Assembly: GCA_963662315.1 (NCBI GenBank)
Contig: OY759353.1
Span: 4,320,001-4,384,000, forward strand
Reading direction: 5' to 3'
DNA: 64,000 nt
From: Geopsychrobacteraceae bacterium
Lineage (GTDB): Bacteria; Desulfobacterota; Desulfuromonadia; Desulfuromonadales; Geopsychrobacteraceae
Of this stretch, positions 52,653-62,818 are shown piece after piece. Positions within the stretch are counted from its first letter, which is position 1. Every line of letters begins with the position of its first letter. The notes beneath the pieces are model-generated. The model saw only the letters and a list, made by a program, of their open reading frames with translations. It did not search any database and had not been told where the DNA came from. The position numbers were made by a program, and so were the translations under genes.

Positions 52653-55085
52653 TTATTTTAGGTTAAAAGCAATTTTATACACTTCGGGATACTCCTTGAC
52701 GAAATGAACTTCAATTCCTTCACGGAGGTATGCCGGTAAATCTTCATAGTCCTTGCGGTTGTCGTTGGGGAAGATGAGAGTTTTCAATCCTGCCCGGCGT
52801 GCCGCTATGGTTTTTTCCTTGACGCCGCCGATCGGCAGAACCCGTCCGGTTAATGACAATTCCCCAGTCATACCCAGCTTGTTACGCACCGGTTTCTTCA
52901 AAATCATCGACAACAGGGCCGTGGTCATGGTAATCCCGGCCGACGGTCCATCCTTGGGGGTGGCTCCGGCAGGGACGTGCAGGTGGATGAAGTGGTTGTC
53001 AAAATAGTCTTCATCGATCTTGTATTCGTTGACATGGCCCATCGTATAGGAATAGGCGATCTCGGAACTTTCGATCATAACCTTGCCCAGCTGCCCGGTC
53101 TGTTTAAAGCCTTTTCCCTTGCTACGCATGGCAGTGGCTTCGATCTGCAACGTGGCTCCGCCCATGCGGGTCCAGGCCAGACCGGTAACGACGCCGTGCG
53201 AACCGGTGATCAGTTCTTCATCGGCAAAGACCGGCTTGCTGAGGAATGTCTCAACATCCTTTTTGGTGACGGTCAGTTTGTCTTCACGTCCTTCAGCAAA
53301 TTGAATGGTTGCTTTTCGCATGATTTTCTTGATCTTGTTTTCCAGGCCACGCACCCCGGCTTCACGCGCATAATGATCGATAATGTCTTCCAGCGCAGTT
53401 TTCTGAATACTGACCTGGGTCTTTTTCAGGCCGTGGTTTTCCAGGGCTTTCGGTACCAGGTACCGTTTTGCGATTTCAAGTTTTTCCTCAAGGATGTAAC
53501 CGGACAGGCGAATGACTTCCATCCTGTCGAGCAATGGTGCCGGAATCGTATCGAGCTGATTCGCCGTAGCGATAAACAGGACATTGGACAGATCAAAGGG
53601 GACATCGAGATAATGGTCCCGGAAGCTGCCGTTCTGTTCCGGGTCGAGAACTTCCAGCAGCGCGGAGGCCGGGTCCCCCTGGAACGAGGCGCCGATCTTG
53701 TCGATTTCATCCAGCATCAGAACCGGGTTGGCGGTGCCGGCACTCTTCATGGCCTGGATAGCTTTGCCGGGCATCGCGCCGATATAGGTCCGGCGGTGCC
53801 CCTTGATTTCCGCTTCATCGCGCATGCCACCGACAGAAAAACGGTAGAATTTACGCTTGAGGGCATCGGCAATACTTTTACCGATGGATGTCTTACCGAC
53901 CCCGGGAGGCCCGACCAGGCACAGGATGGAACCGGAAATGTCACCTTTCATTTTGCCAACAGCGACAAATTCGAGGATCCGCTCTTTGACATCTTCAAGG
54001 CCGTAATGATCGCGGTCGAGGACCCGACGGGCGCGCTTGAGGTCGTAGGAATCTTTGCTGAATTTGCCCCAGGGGAGAACCGTCAGCCAGTCCAGGTAAT
54101 TACGACTGACCGTGTATTCGGGAGACGATGGCTCAATCAGTTGCAGTTTCTGGATTTCTTCATCAACGGCCTTTTGAGCTTCGTCGTTGAGTGTCAGGCT
54201 TTTCAGGCGTTGCTGAAACTTTTCGATCTCAGAAGTCTTGCCTTCTTTTTCCAGCCCCAGCTCTTTTTTAATCGCCTTGAACTGTTCTCGTAAGAAAAAC
54301 TCACGCTGCTGCTTGGAAATCTTTTCTTCGATCTGCTGGGATATTTTGGTCTGCAGACGTGAAACTTCCAGTTCCTTTTTCAGCAGAACCAGAACTTTAT
54401 CGATACGCCGGTGCAGGTCAAAGGTCTCCAGCACTTCCTGCAGTTCGTAACCATCGGCGTTGGTCAGGTTGGCCGCAAAGTCACTTAAACGGGCCGGGTC
54501 GTCCATGCTGGAACGGCCAAGGAACAGCTTGATTTCCTCGGAATAAAGGGGGTTGATCTGAACCAGTTCCTTCAGCGTGGAGATGATCGCCATGGAGTAG
54601 GCTTTCAGCTCCGGATCACTGGCCAGACCCTGATTGAAGAAGTACGAAACATCGGCAAAAATGACGCCATTGATTTCGCTGACATCATCAATGCTGAACC
54701 GTTCCAGACTGTTGACCAGAATATGGGCGCTGTTGTCATCCGTATGAATCAGTTTCAGGATTTTTGCCGCAACACCAACGCGCTGCAGGTTGGTCGTGGA
54801 GTCTTCATCTTCAAGTTCCTGGACCATAACCAACCCGATGGCCTGGGAGTCCGTTTCCATCGCCTGTTTAATGGTGCGGACGCGTGCTTCACCGTTAACG
54901 GTCAGCGGGATGATGACGCCAGGAAAGGCCGGACGGGGACGCAACGGAATAATCGGCAGTCGGGCCGGCAGGACATCCCGTGCCAGAACCAGACCATCAT
55001 CCGGTACCGGTTGGACATCCGCGTCGGTTTCAACTTCTATTTCATATTCGATCGATTCGTCATGATCTTCAAAATTATCGTGCAT
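52653..55085 (-). CDS. lon: Lon protease
   Basis: LON N-domain, GPPGVGKTS, HRRTYIGAMPG, PKDGPSAG. Confidence 0.97.
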   Translation of the reverse strand: MHDNFEDHDESIEYEIEVETDADVQPVPDDGLVLARDVLPARLPIIPLRPRPAFPGVIIPLTVNGEARVRTIKQAMETDSQAIGLVMVQELEDEDSTTNLQRVGVAAKILKLIHTDDNSAHILVNSLERFSIDDVSEINGVIFADVSYFFNQGLASDPELKAYSMAIISTLKELVQINPLYSEEIKLFLGRSSMDDPARLSDFAANLTNADGYELQEVLETFDLHRRIDKVLVLLKKELEVSRLQTKISQQIEEKISKQQREFFLREQFKAIKKELGLEKEGKTSEIEKFQQRLKSLTLNDEAQKAVDEEIQKLQLIEPSSPEYTVSRNYLDWLTVLPWGKFSKDSYDLKRARRVLDRDHYGLEDVKERILEFVAVGKMKGDISGSILCLVGPPGVGKTSIGKSIADALKRKFYRFSVGGMRDEAEIKGHRRTYIGAMPGKAIQAMKSAGTANPVLMLDEIDKIGASFQGDPASALLEVLDPEQNGSFRDHYLDVPFDLSNVLFIATANQLDTIPAPLLDRMEVIRLSGYILEEKLEIAKRYLVPKALENHGLKKTQVSIQKTALEDIIDHYAREAGVRGLENKIKKIMRKATIQFAEGREDKLTVTKKDVETFLSKPVFADEELITGSHGVVTGLAWTRMGGATLQIEATAMRSKGKGFKQTGQLGKVMIESSEIAYSYTMGHVNEYKIDEDYFDNHFIHLHVPAGATPKDGPSAGITMTTALLSMILKKPVRNKLGMTGELSLTGRVLPIGGVKEKTIAARRAGLKTLIFPNDNRKDYEDLPAYLREGIEVHFVKEYPEVYKIAFNLK

Positions 55086-55551
55086 GTTGTTTTCCTCCGA
55101 TGAAGTAAGAGGTGAATGAGGTCATTACAAATAATTTCAGTTCGGAAACGGTGCTTTTCCGCAATCTCTGCGTCAATCTGTGTCTTTAATCTTGCGAAAA
55201 AAAATTCGTTTCCAAATCAGAAACAACTTCGTTGCCCGCGAAATTTTCAGATAGCAACTGAATAATGTCCCTCCGGTACATTAATCGCTCAGTATCCTCT
55301 GTAAACGCCGGTCATATGCGGGAAATTTTAAGTGCACATGGGAATGGTTGCCAGAAGATTCCGCTACGGTGGCTGGCTTGTTTCCGGAAGGGAATATAAC
55401 CATAGCAAAAGATTAATAATATCGGAGTTAACTTGTCAAGATTGGAGTGTCGTTAAGGTACAGTTCTTTTTGCGCGACACGGGGCTTTTACTTTGGAGCC
55501 GGGTATGGAATAATCCTGCCACTCATTTAAAGTTGAAAGGTTGATGATTTT

Positions 55552-58233
55552 ATGACGGTACAGAAAGAACAGGTCTATCTGGTTGACGGTTCATCCTATA
55601 TCTATCGTGCTTATTTTGCCATCCGGCATCTGTCGAACTCCAAAGGCGAGGCGACCAATGCCGTATATGGTTTTACCAATATGCTGCTGAACCTGCTGCG
55701 CGATCGGCACCCTGATCATATCGCAGTCATCTTTGACAGTAAAGGCCCGACTTTCCGTAAAGATCTCTATTCTGACTATAAAGCCAACCGCGCCGCCATG
55801 CCCGAGGATCTGGTCCCGCAGATTCCGCTGATCAAGGATGTCGTCCGGGCGTTCAATCTGCCGGCTCTGGAGCTGCCAGGCTACGAGGCGGACGATATTA
55901 TTGCCACATTGGCGAAGCGTTACGTCGCCGAAGGGTTTCACGTCACGGTGGTCACCGGTGACAAAGACCTGATGCAGATTGTGTGTGACGATGTGCAACT
56001 GCTTGATACCATGAAGGGGAAGGTCTCCGGCCGTGCCGAGGTTATTGAGCGCTTTGGGGTGCCCCCGGAGCAGGTTCTCGAAGTGTTGGGGCTGGCGGGG
56101 GATACTTCCGATAATATTCCAGGGGTGCCTGGCATTGGTGAGAAAACCGCCAGTGCGCTGATCCAGGAGTTCGGTGATATTGAAAACCTGCTCGCCAATA
56201 TCGATAAGGTCAAAGGTAAAAAACGCCAGGAAAATCTACGCGAGTTTGCTGATCAGGCACGGCTGTCGAGGCAGCTGGCTGATCTGGTCTATGATCTCGA
56301 TATTGAGGTGACGGCTGACGATATTGCCGTCGGGGAGCCGAATCGCGCCGCGCTGGAAGAGCTGTTCCGGACCCTGGAATTCCATAAATTGCAGCAGGAA
56401 TTTACTGCGGAAAAGCCAACCGTCAAGGCCGAGAGCACTTACTTCACCGTTACCACCGAGGCTGATTTTGATCAGTTGATTCGGACTCTTAAAGACGCCG
56501 GAACCTTTGCTTTTGATACGGAAACCACCAGCCTCAACGCGGTTCAGGCCGAGCTGGTCGGATTGTCGTTTGCGGTTCAGGCCCACGAAGCCTGGTACAT
56601 CCCGGTTGGTCACCGATACCTGGGGGTGCCTGATCAATTGCCATTGGAGTTGGTGCTGAGCAAGCTTAAACCGCTGCTCGAAGATCCTGACCTGGGCAAG
56701 ATCGGCCAGAATATCAAATACGATGCCCTGGTGCTGCGCAATGCCGGTATTGAGCTGGCTGGCATTAAGGTCGATACCATGGTGCTGTCATATATTCTGT
56801 ACCCCGAAGCCAAATCCCATGGGCTCGACGCCTTGGCCCTGGAGCATCTGAATCACCGCATGATCCCTTATTCCGAAATGACCGGAAGCGGGAAAAATCA
56901 GATCTGTTTTTCCGAGGTCGAAGTTGAAAGAGCCGTTCAATATGCCGCAGAAGATGCCGATATCACCTGGCGACTGGCCGAAAAACTGTTGGCTGAGTTA
57001 CCGGAAGGGGAACTGGCCGATCTTTTTTACCAGGTGGAAATGCCGCTGGTTGACGTGCTGATCCGCATGGAATGGAGTGGAATCCGTATTGATGCCGGCT
57101 TTCTTGACGGACTCTCCGGTCAGATGGGTGAAAAGCTCACGGTTCTCGAAAAAGAGATTCATACGCTGGCTGGCGGTCCGTTCAATATCAATTCACCCAA
57201 ACAACTTGGTGAGGTGCTGTTCGAAAAACTCAGTCTGCCCAAAGGCAAAAAGACCAAGACCGGCTGGTCAACCAATGTGGAGGTGTTGACCGCGCTGGCG
57301 GATGAGCATGAGATCGCCAGGAAGATCCTTGAGTATCGCTCCATCGGTAAGCTGAAGAACACCTATAGTGATGCCCTGCCCAAGTTGATTAATCCGACGA
57401 CCGGACGTCTGCATACGTCGTTCAACCAAACAGTGACCGCAACCGGGCGCTTATCTTCGAGCGATCCCAACCTGCAGAATATCCCGATCCGTACCGCTGA
57501 AGGGCGGCGTATCCGTGAAGCCTTTATCCCGTGTGAAGGCTGGACGCTGTTGTCTGCCGACTATTCCCAGGTTGAACTGCGGGTAATGGCCCACATGGCA
57601 GATGTCCCAGCACTGAAAGAAAGTTTTGCCGCCGGTGAGGATATTCACAAGCGCACCGCCAGCGAAATTTTCAACGTTTTCCCCGAGCTGGTAACCGATG
57701 AAATGCGCCGCCAGGCCAAAACCATCAACTTTGGTGTTTTGTATGGTATGGGTGCATTCAGTCTGGGCAAAGATCTGGGGATCAGCCGTTCTGAAGCGCA
57801 GCAGTTTATCGATAACTATTTCGAGCGTTACCCGGCTGTTCTGCACTACCTGGAAGCGAAGAAAGAAGAGGCCAGGGAGCATCAGTACGTAAAAACCCTG
57901 CTGGGACGGCACTGCGTCATTCCGGAAATCAGCAGTAAAAACGGTGCGGTGCGCAGTTACGCCGAACGCAATGCCATCAATTACCCGATCCAAGGCAGCG
58001 CGGCCGATATCATCAAGGTGGCGATGGTGAATATTGATCGCAAACTCCGCGAAGCAGGACTGCAAACCCGCATGCTGCTGCAGGTGCACGATGAACTTGT
58101 CTTTGAAACCCCCGGCGAAGAAGTGGACCAGGTATGTGAGCTGATCCGAGCCGAGATGGAAGGGGCTGTTGCGATGGATCTGCCTCTGAAGGTTGAACTG
58201 GGGGCCGGAAACAACTGGGCCGAAGCCCACTAG
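55552..58233 (+). CDS. polA: DNA polymerase I
   Basis: 5'-3' exonuclease (EADD, GDKD), DTET exonuclease, DYSQVELR, INFGVLYG, QVHDEL. Confidence 0.98.
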   Translation: MTVQKEQVYLVDGSSYIYRAYFAIRHLSNSKGEATNAVYGFTNMLLNLLRDRHPDHIAVIFDSKGPTFRKDLYSDYKANRAAMPEDLVPQIPLIKDVVRAFNLPALELPGYEADDIIATLAKRYVAEGFHVTVVTGDKDLMQIVCDDVQLLDTMKGKVSGRAEVIERFGVPPEQVLEVLGLAGDTSDNIPGVPGIGEKTASALIQEFGDIENLLANIDKVKGKKRQENLREFADQARLSRQLADLVYDLDIEVTADDIAVGEPNRAALEELFRTLEFHKLQQEFTAEKPTVKAESTYFTVTTEADFDQLIRTLKDAGTFAFDTETTSLNAVQAELVGLSFAVQAHEAWYIPVGHRYLGVPDQLPLELVLSKLKPLLEDPDLGKIGQNIKYDALVLRNAGIELAGIKVDTMVLSYILYPEAKSHGLDALALEHLNHRMIPYSEMTGSGKNQICFSEVEVERAVQYAAEDADITWRLAEKLLAELPEGELADLFYQVEMPLVDVLIRMEWSGIRIDAGFLDGLSGQMGEKLTVLEKEIHTLAGGPFNINSPKQLGEVLFEKLSLPKGKKTKTGWSTNVEVLTALADEHEIARKILEYRSIGKLKNTYSDALPKLINPTTGRLHTSFNQTVTATGRLSSSDPNLQNIPIRTAEGRRIREAFIPCEGWTLLSADYSQVELRVMAHMADVPALKESFAAGEDIHKRTASEIFNVFPELVTDEMRRQAKTINFGVLYGMGAFSLGKDLGISRSEAQQFIDNYFERYPAVLHYLEAKKEEAREHQYVKTLLGRHCVIPEISSKNGAVRSYAERNAINYPIQGSAADIIKVAMVNIDRKLREAGLQTRMLLQVHDELVFETPGEEVDQVCELIRAEMEGAVAMDLPLKVELGAGNNWAEAH

Positions 58234-58373
58234 TTTCGGTCCGCAAGCGGCCCTTTTCCGCCGGGATAAATTTGATAGCGAAGTAGATATTTTCAGCAAT
58301 GAGGCTGGTCAACAACGGACAGGCGCCTGAGCCTGTCCCTTCTTATTTTCTTAAATAGTGAGCAAAACAGAAC

Positions 58374-59678
58374 ATGAAACGTGAACACTGGAGTTCTTCC
58401 TTCGGCTTTTTTGTCTCCTGCGTCGGCTGTGCCATCGGTCTGGGTAACATCTGGCTGTTTCCCTGGCGGCTGAGTCACTATGGCAGCATCAGCTTTCTGA
58501 TCCCCTATGTTCTTTTCTCTTTCGGACTGGTGGTCTTTGGCCTTATGAGTGAGCTGGCTTTCGGACGTTTCTTTCAGGGGGGGACGATGAAGGCGTTTGA
58601 AGCTGCATTCAGTGGCAGAAGGGGAGTGGTGGCGCGTTTGCTGGGGGGCTTCCAGATTGTGGCCCAAAGTGGCATAACCGTCTTTTATCTGATTGTCATG
58701 GGCTGGATTCTCAGATACCTGTGGCTCGCTTTGAGTGGCGATCTGCTGCAGATTGATCCGCCAGCCGACTTCAGCGCATTCAGCGGCCATTGGGATGTGG
58801 TTCCCTGGCATCTGGCCAATCTGCTCATCACCGGCGGGATTGTTTATTTCGGTATCGAAAAAGGGGTTGAAAAGGCCAATAAGTGGGCCATCAGCGGGCT
58901 GTTTATTATCTTTATCGTGTTGATTGTCAATACCCTGACCCTGCCCGGAGCCATGGCTGGCATTGTCGAATTTATGCAGCCCAAATGGCATTTGCTCAAG
59001 TCTTCGGAGCTCTGGATCATGGCTCTGGGGCAAAGCTTTTTTACCGTGTCGTTAGGGGGGATGCTGATTTACGGCAGCTATCTGAAACAAGACACGGACA
59101 TACCGAAATTCTCTTATCTGATTGTTATCACCAATATGGTCGCCAGCTTGCTGGCCGCGTTTATCATTATTCCGGCCGGGGCCGCTTTCGGTATTTCGCC
59201 GGATAAAGGACCGGGGCTGCTGTTTATAAATATGCCCTATGTTTTCCAGCGCATGGCGGGAGGGCACTTTTTCAGTTTCGTATTTTTCTTCAGTGTCTTT
59301 TTAGCCGGTCTTTCCTCCGCTATCAATCTCATGGAGATTCCGACCGAAGCCCTGATGCATCAGTTCCGTCTCTCACGCCGGCGGGCAACCCTGGTGGTGA
59401 TTGCCGTGGCGTTTGCGCTGGGGCTGCCGCTGGCTGTCGATATGGGGCGCTTCGGAGCTTTTGTCGATCTGATCACCATTTACCTCTATCCTCTCGGAGT
59501 GCTGCTCATCGTGCTGGTTGCCCAGTGGGTATGGGGAGCTGAGAACGCCTTGCGGGCTATCAATCTGGGCAGCGCCTATCCGGTTGGTCCGTTTATTCGT
59601 GGATTGCTTAAATATGTTTTTGTGCTGGTCTGCCTGGGTATTTTGGTTCTCAATATTTATTTTGGCGGGATTGGCTAA
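58374..59678 (+). CDS. Neurotransmitter:sodium symporter (NSS/SNF) family transporter
   Basis: REHWSS..GF....G.AIGLGNIW.FP, GQSFFTVSLG, GPGLLF. Confidence 0.9.
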   Translation: MKREHWSSSFGFFVSCVGCAIGLGNIWLFPWRLSHYGSISFLIPYVLFSFGLVVFGLMSELAFGRFFQGGTMKAFEAAFSGRRGVVARLLGGFQIVAQSGITVFYLIVMGWILRYLWLALSGDLLQIDPPADFSAFSGHWDVVPWHLANLLITGGIVYFGIEKGVEKANKWAISGLFIIFIVLIVNTLTLPGAMAGIVEFMQPKWHLLKSSELWIMALGQSFFTVSLGGMLIYGSYLKQDTDIPKFSYLIVITNMVASLLAAFIIIPAGAAFGISPDKGPGLLFINMPYVFQRMAGGHFFSFVFFFSVFLAGLSSAINLMEIPTEALMHQFRLSRRRATLVVIAVAFALGLPLAVDMGRFGAFVDLITIYLYPLGVLLIVLVAQWVWGAENALRAINLGSAYPVGPFIRGLLKYVFVLVCLGILVLNIYFGGIG

Positions 59679-59888
59679 GGGCAAACTGGTGAAACATCCC
59701 GGCTGCTGATTGTGGCTTATTGTCAAGGAAGTCCTTGAGGCATTGACTTACTTATTTGCCTGTTCATTGTAGGGATGCTTGTTGATGGTTTTTGTTGGAA
59801 TCAAACTGTCTATCACGCGTACGGTTTTTTCAGGATATTGTCAGAATTTTGATATTATATTGAAAATTGAAACAGAAGGAAACTGTAG

Positions 59889-59934
59889 CCGTGTTATAAC
59901 ACGGTCAATATCAGGTATATTACATGTTATGTGC
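59889..59934 (+). other. First recombination site of the cassette array (attI-like), core G/TTATGT
   Basis: GTTATGTGC at 59926-59934 is the exact reverse complement of GCACATAAC at 60303-60311; palindrome CCGTGTTATAACACGG just upstream. Confidence 0.5.
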
Positions 59935-60327
59935 ATGAATTATAAAACCATACATATCTTCATAATTTTTGTGCTGCTGCAGACAGTTATTGCCGGTCCG
60001 GCTTTCGCTAAGAGACCATTTAATAATTACCGCGATAAAATTGATATTGATGGAATCGAATATTCAGCATCATACAAAGACGAGTTTATGTTTCATACGA
60101 CCTTCATTGAGGCTAAGAAAATAAGCAATAATAAAATACTATGGAAAAAGAAAATATATAAAACCTTTATGAACCCATTTTCGGAGCATGATGTCCAGTG
60201 GGTGTTGATTAAAAATATATATCAAGACAATAATATGCTAGTTATCAAGAATGAAGATGGCAATTTTTTCAAGCTAAACTTTATACAGAAATCAATAGAG
60301 GCGCACATAACGAATAAGGATAGATAG
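59929..60327 (+). CDS. Cassette 1: secreted hypothetical protein
   Basis: Signal peptide ending AFA; AT-rich; starts right after the GTT core and stops inside attC. Confidence 0.72.
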   Translation: MCMNYKTIHIFIIFVLLQTVIAGPAFAKRPFNNYRDKIDIDGIEYSASYKDEFMFHTTFIEAKKISNNKILWKKKIYKTFMNPFSEHDVQWVLIKNIYQDNNMLVIKNEDGNFFKLNFIQKSIEAHITNKDR

Positions 60328-60365
60328 CGCGAGGGACGAGCCGCGATCTTATCTTGTGGTTCAAG
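60305..60365 (+). other. attC site 1
   Basis: ACATAAC...GATAGAT...ATCT(T)ATC...GTT imperfect inverted repeat with an extra base, 61 bp. Confidence 0.7.
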
Positions 60366-60384
60366 GAATAATTGGAGGGGAAAA

Positions 60385-60861
60385 TTGATCGCCTTTCGTG
60401 CAGTTCAGGAAAAAGACATTCCTCAAATTTGCGAATTTCCGCAAAGCAAAGAGGAACTTTTCTTCCTTTCCCCGAAAGCATCATTTCCACTCTCGAAAGA
60501 AGAATTCAAAAACATAATTGCAGAACGCCACAATCCAACGGTAGTCACAAAAAATGGAAAAGTGGTCGGTTTTGCGAGCCTTTATAAAATTGAAGAAAAC
60601 AGAAAATGTTTCATCGGAAATGTCGTCGTGTCTTCATCGGTTCGCGGTACAGGAATCGGCAGTGCACTAATTGGACACTTGACAAAAATTTCCGTTGAAC
60701 TTTACGGAATTCAAGAAATACATTTATCGTGCTTCAATAGCAATATTGGTGGTTTATTGCTCTACTCGAAAATGGGTTTCAATCCATATAAAATCGAAGA
60801 ACGCACCAACTACAACAATGAAAAAGTTGCCTTAATTCACATGAAACGAAAAGCAACCTAA
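60385..60861 (+). CDS. Cassette 2: GNAT acetyltransferase
   Basis: VVSSSVRGTGIG acetyl-CoA motif, LYSKMGF; stop codon lies in ACCTAAC (RYYYAAC). Confidence 0.88.
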   Translation: MIAFRAVQEKDIPQICEFPQSKEELFFLSPKASFPLSKEEFKNIIAERHNPTVVTKNGKVVGFASLYKIEENRKCFIGNVVVSSSVRGTGIGSALIGHLTKISVELYGIQEIHLSCFNSNIGGLLLYSKMGFNPYKIEERTNYNNEKVALIHMKRKAT

Positions 60862-61114
60862 CGCTTATCAGGCCCCCGGCCGTCAAGGGTAAAGGATAGT
60901 GTTAACGTAAAAGATTCACCTTTTCGTTCTTTGATAAGCGACTGATCTACTAAGCATCCATCCGGTTTCTGACTTGGGCTTTTCAACGGGCTGCAGTCAC
61001 GATCCTGCTCCCCAACACTTATCAAGACTCTTTAAACAGAAGTCGGACCGTTGGTTGCCTCCTGGTCTTCTGCCACCTGGAAACACGTACGGACCTTGAT
61101 GCCGTTCCAGTCAA

Positions 61115-61591
61115 AACCGCCGGGTCCCGGCCCGGCAGCCGGATTCATTTTTTCCAGCGATGAAAAAACGAATCAAAAAAATCTTTGAAGGTCAAGATAA
61201 CTGACGATAGCTGTGTTGGGTTACGGTTAAAGATTTCCAGGTGCAATTAACCGGCAGCCCACGCTGCTGTTGCAGCTAATGGGCAAGGGTGTTAGTTGGT
61301 GCGGAATGCCGTGGGATTATCGGTATTCGTTTTTAAATCCATTATCCATCAATAATGCGGTTCTGGCCATCAGGCGCGTATTGCGCCGTCGGCCGGCGGG
61401 TTAGATGCGAGCTGTTCCTTTGGAGAGACGAAGCCCAAGTACGGACCCTTTAAAGAAGGGCGTTTTGTGCTTACTATTTGTCGCCCGCTTGGGACAAATA
61501 GTAAGGCGTCGTGCGAGGCGCAACCTCGCGACCTTGCTTGTTTCATTTCAATCATAAAAGATAACACCACCGGGTCCCGGCCTGCCAGCCG
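61115..61591. repeat. Structured non-coding tandem repeat, array 1 (one 450 bp unit plus start of the next)
   Basis: GGGTCCCGGCC at 61122 and 61572; closely similar to 63681-64000 and 63465-63700. Confidence 0.9.
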
Positions 61592-61923
61592 TTACCAGAT
61601 GCCGCGCGGGAATATCGTCCCGCAAGAGAGACAGATCTCCCCGGATAAGAACGTGATCTGTCACTGCTTGGGCCGCAGTATTTACCAAGGTATCGTGAAT
61701 CTGTGGGACTTCTCCATGGTGTGCTGACTTGCCCGGATACCCGGCCTTATATACTGTTTCTGTTCGTCGGCTCACAGCTTTGCACTCGGGCTTCCTCCAG
61801 ACCTCTCCTCACGGAGACGCCCTTGCCGTCGGCTAGTACTTTAATGACATCACACATGTGTGATGCTAGGATTCTACGTACAGGGAACTTTACCCCATAA
61901 GATCACCCCCATGCCGGGCGTAC
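61590..61923 (-). mobile_element. Group IIC-attC intron, 5' fragment (domain I and part of domain II); no RT ORF
   Basis: Minus strand reads TTGT|GTACGCCCGGCATGG...TAGCCGACGGCAAGGGCGTC...GGAGGAAGCC...TCTTATCCGGGGAGATCTG, matching IIC intron consensus as recalled. Confidence 0.85.
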
Positions 61924-62024
61924 ACAACAGAATCAACACGGACGGAAAATAGCTGCGCAAATATTCGTAAACTTCGGGGGTAAGTGGCCTTTCACATCGC
62001 CGCCGGTTATGCAAGACGTTAAGA
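61924..62024 (+). other. attC site interrupted by the intron at its inverse core
   Basis: ACAA-CAGA-AT(C)AAC(A)CGG...CCGGTTAT-GCAAGAC-GTTAAGA with typical unpaired bases. Confidence 0.78.
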
Positions 62025-62070
62025 AATAGGCATTTCCTACCAAAACACCTCTTTTCCGTCCTCGAATGAC

Positions 62071-62098
62071 TTGACTTGGCGGCACTACCACTTATAAT
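62071..62098 (+). promoter_or_regulatory. Cassette-internal sigma70 promoter
   Basis: TTGACT-16 bp-TATAAT, 33 bp before the ATG. Confidence 0.6.
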
Positions 62099-62131
62099 CA
62101 TTTTCTAATTAAAAAATCAGAGGGGGCTAAA

Positions 62132-62797
62132 ATGTCAAAGTTGAAAAATTTCACTATATTGTTGTTATTAACCAGCACCACTGGGCTATCAGCTTGTGCA
62201 CAAAAAGCAAAATTAACAGAATTTCCATCCTGCGAAGGTAAAGCCTGTACTCAAATTGCTCAGCAAATTGAATGGCCAGAGCCCATCGAAGATAGTGTAT
62301 TCACAGTAGCAGTCGAAAATTACGTCTTCAAACTCCCATCGATGCCTGAAAAAGCCATTAAACACTGGGGAGAAGATGTTAGTTTCGTATGTGAGGATGG
62401 AAGCATATTCACCTTTAATCTGGAAACTCGGTACTCACTAACACCAGAATTAAATATCCCAGAAACTAGTAACTACAGTGTTGCTGATTCTGCTGAAATG
62501 ACATTTACAAAAACCATAAACGACACCCCTCCTAACAATCCCAATGACCTATGGATCTGGAGGCAAGCTCTATTCCTCAAAACTATGGCCTTCCAAAACG
62601 GAAATCCAATATATACCGCCACAAAGGGTCCCTTAACCATCTATATCTGGGAAAATACATCAACGTTCACTGGAAACTCTATGTCGGCTTATATTTTTGA
62701 CGCCAACAGTCGGAAAAGTTATGCCCGAATCTACGCTAAATATACATCTTTCGAAAATTTTAAAAGAATCATGGCTGCTGTTGAACTGAAGCAATAA
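62132..62797 (+). CDS. Cassette 3 gene A: hypothetical lipoprotein
   Basis: GAGGGG RBS, LSAC lipobox, AT-rich. Confidence 0.78.
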   Translation: MSKLKNFTILLLLTSTTGLSACAQKAKLTEFPSCEGKACTQIAQQIEWPEPIEDSVFTVAVENYVFKLPSMPEKAIKHWGEDVSFVCEDGSIFTFNLETRYSLTPELNIPETSNYSVADSAEMTFTKTINDTPPNNPNDLWIWRQALFLKTMAFQNGNPIYTATKGPLTIYIWENTSTFTGNSMSAYIFDANSRKSYARIYAKYTSFENFKRIMAAVELKQ

Positions 62798-62818
62798 CAA
62801 CATAAAGGAGGGGATATA

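Noticed and set aside
15804..54293. Long antisense ORFs such as 15804-17033, 40935-41792 and 52977-54293
   Set aside because: They shadow conserved genes (ftsH, topA, lon) on the opposite strand and have no motifs of their own.
55086..55551. Riboswitch, CIRCE or ncRNA in the lon-polA divergent gap, and ORF 55332-55544
   Set aside because: No recognisable consensus or strong stem; most simply two divergent promoters.
59779..59928. N-terminal extension of the cassette 1 ORF given by the ORF track
   Set aside because: It crosses the recombination core at 59926; the signal peptide starts at 59929/59935.
61030..61112. Possible tyrosine recombinase (YVFPG) or HTH remnant on the minus strand
   Set aside because: Under 40 codons with no catalytic residues; compatible with chance.
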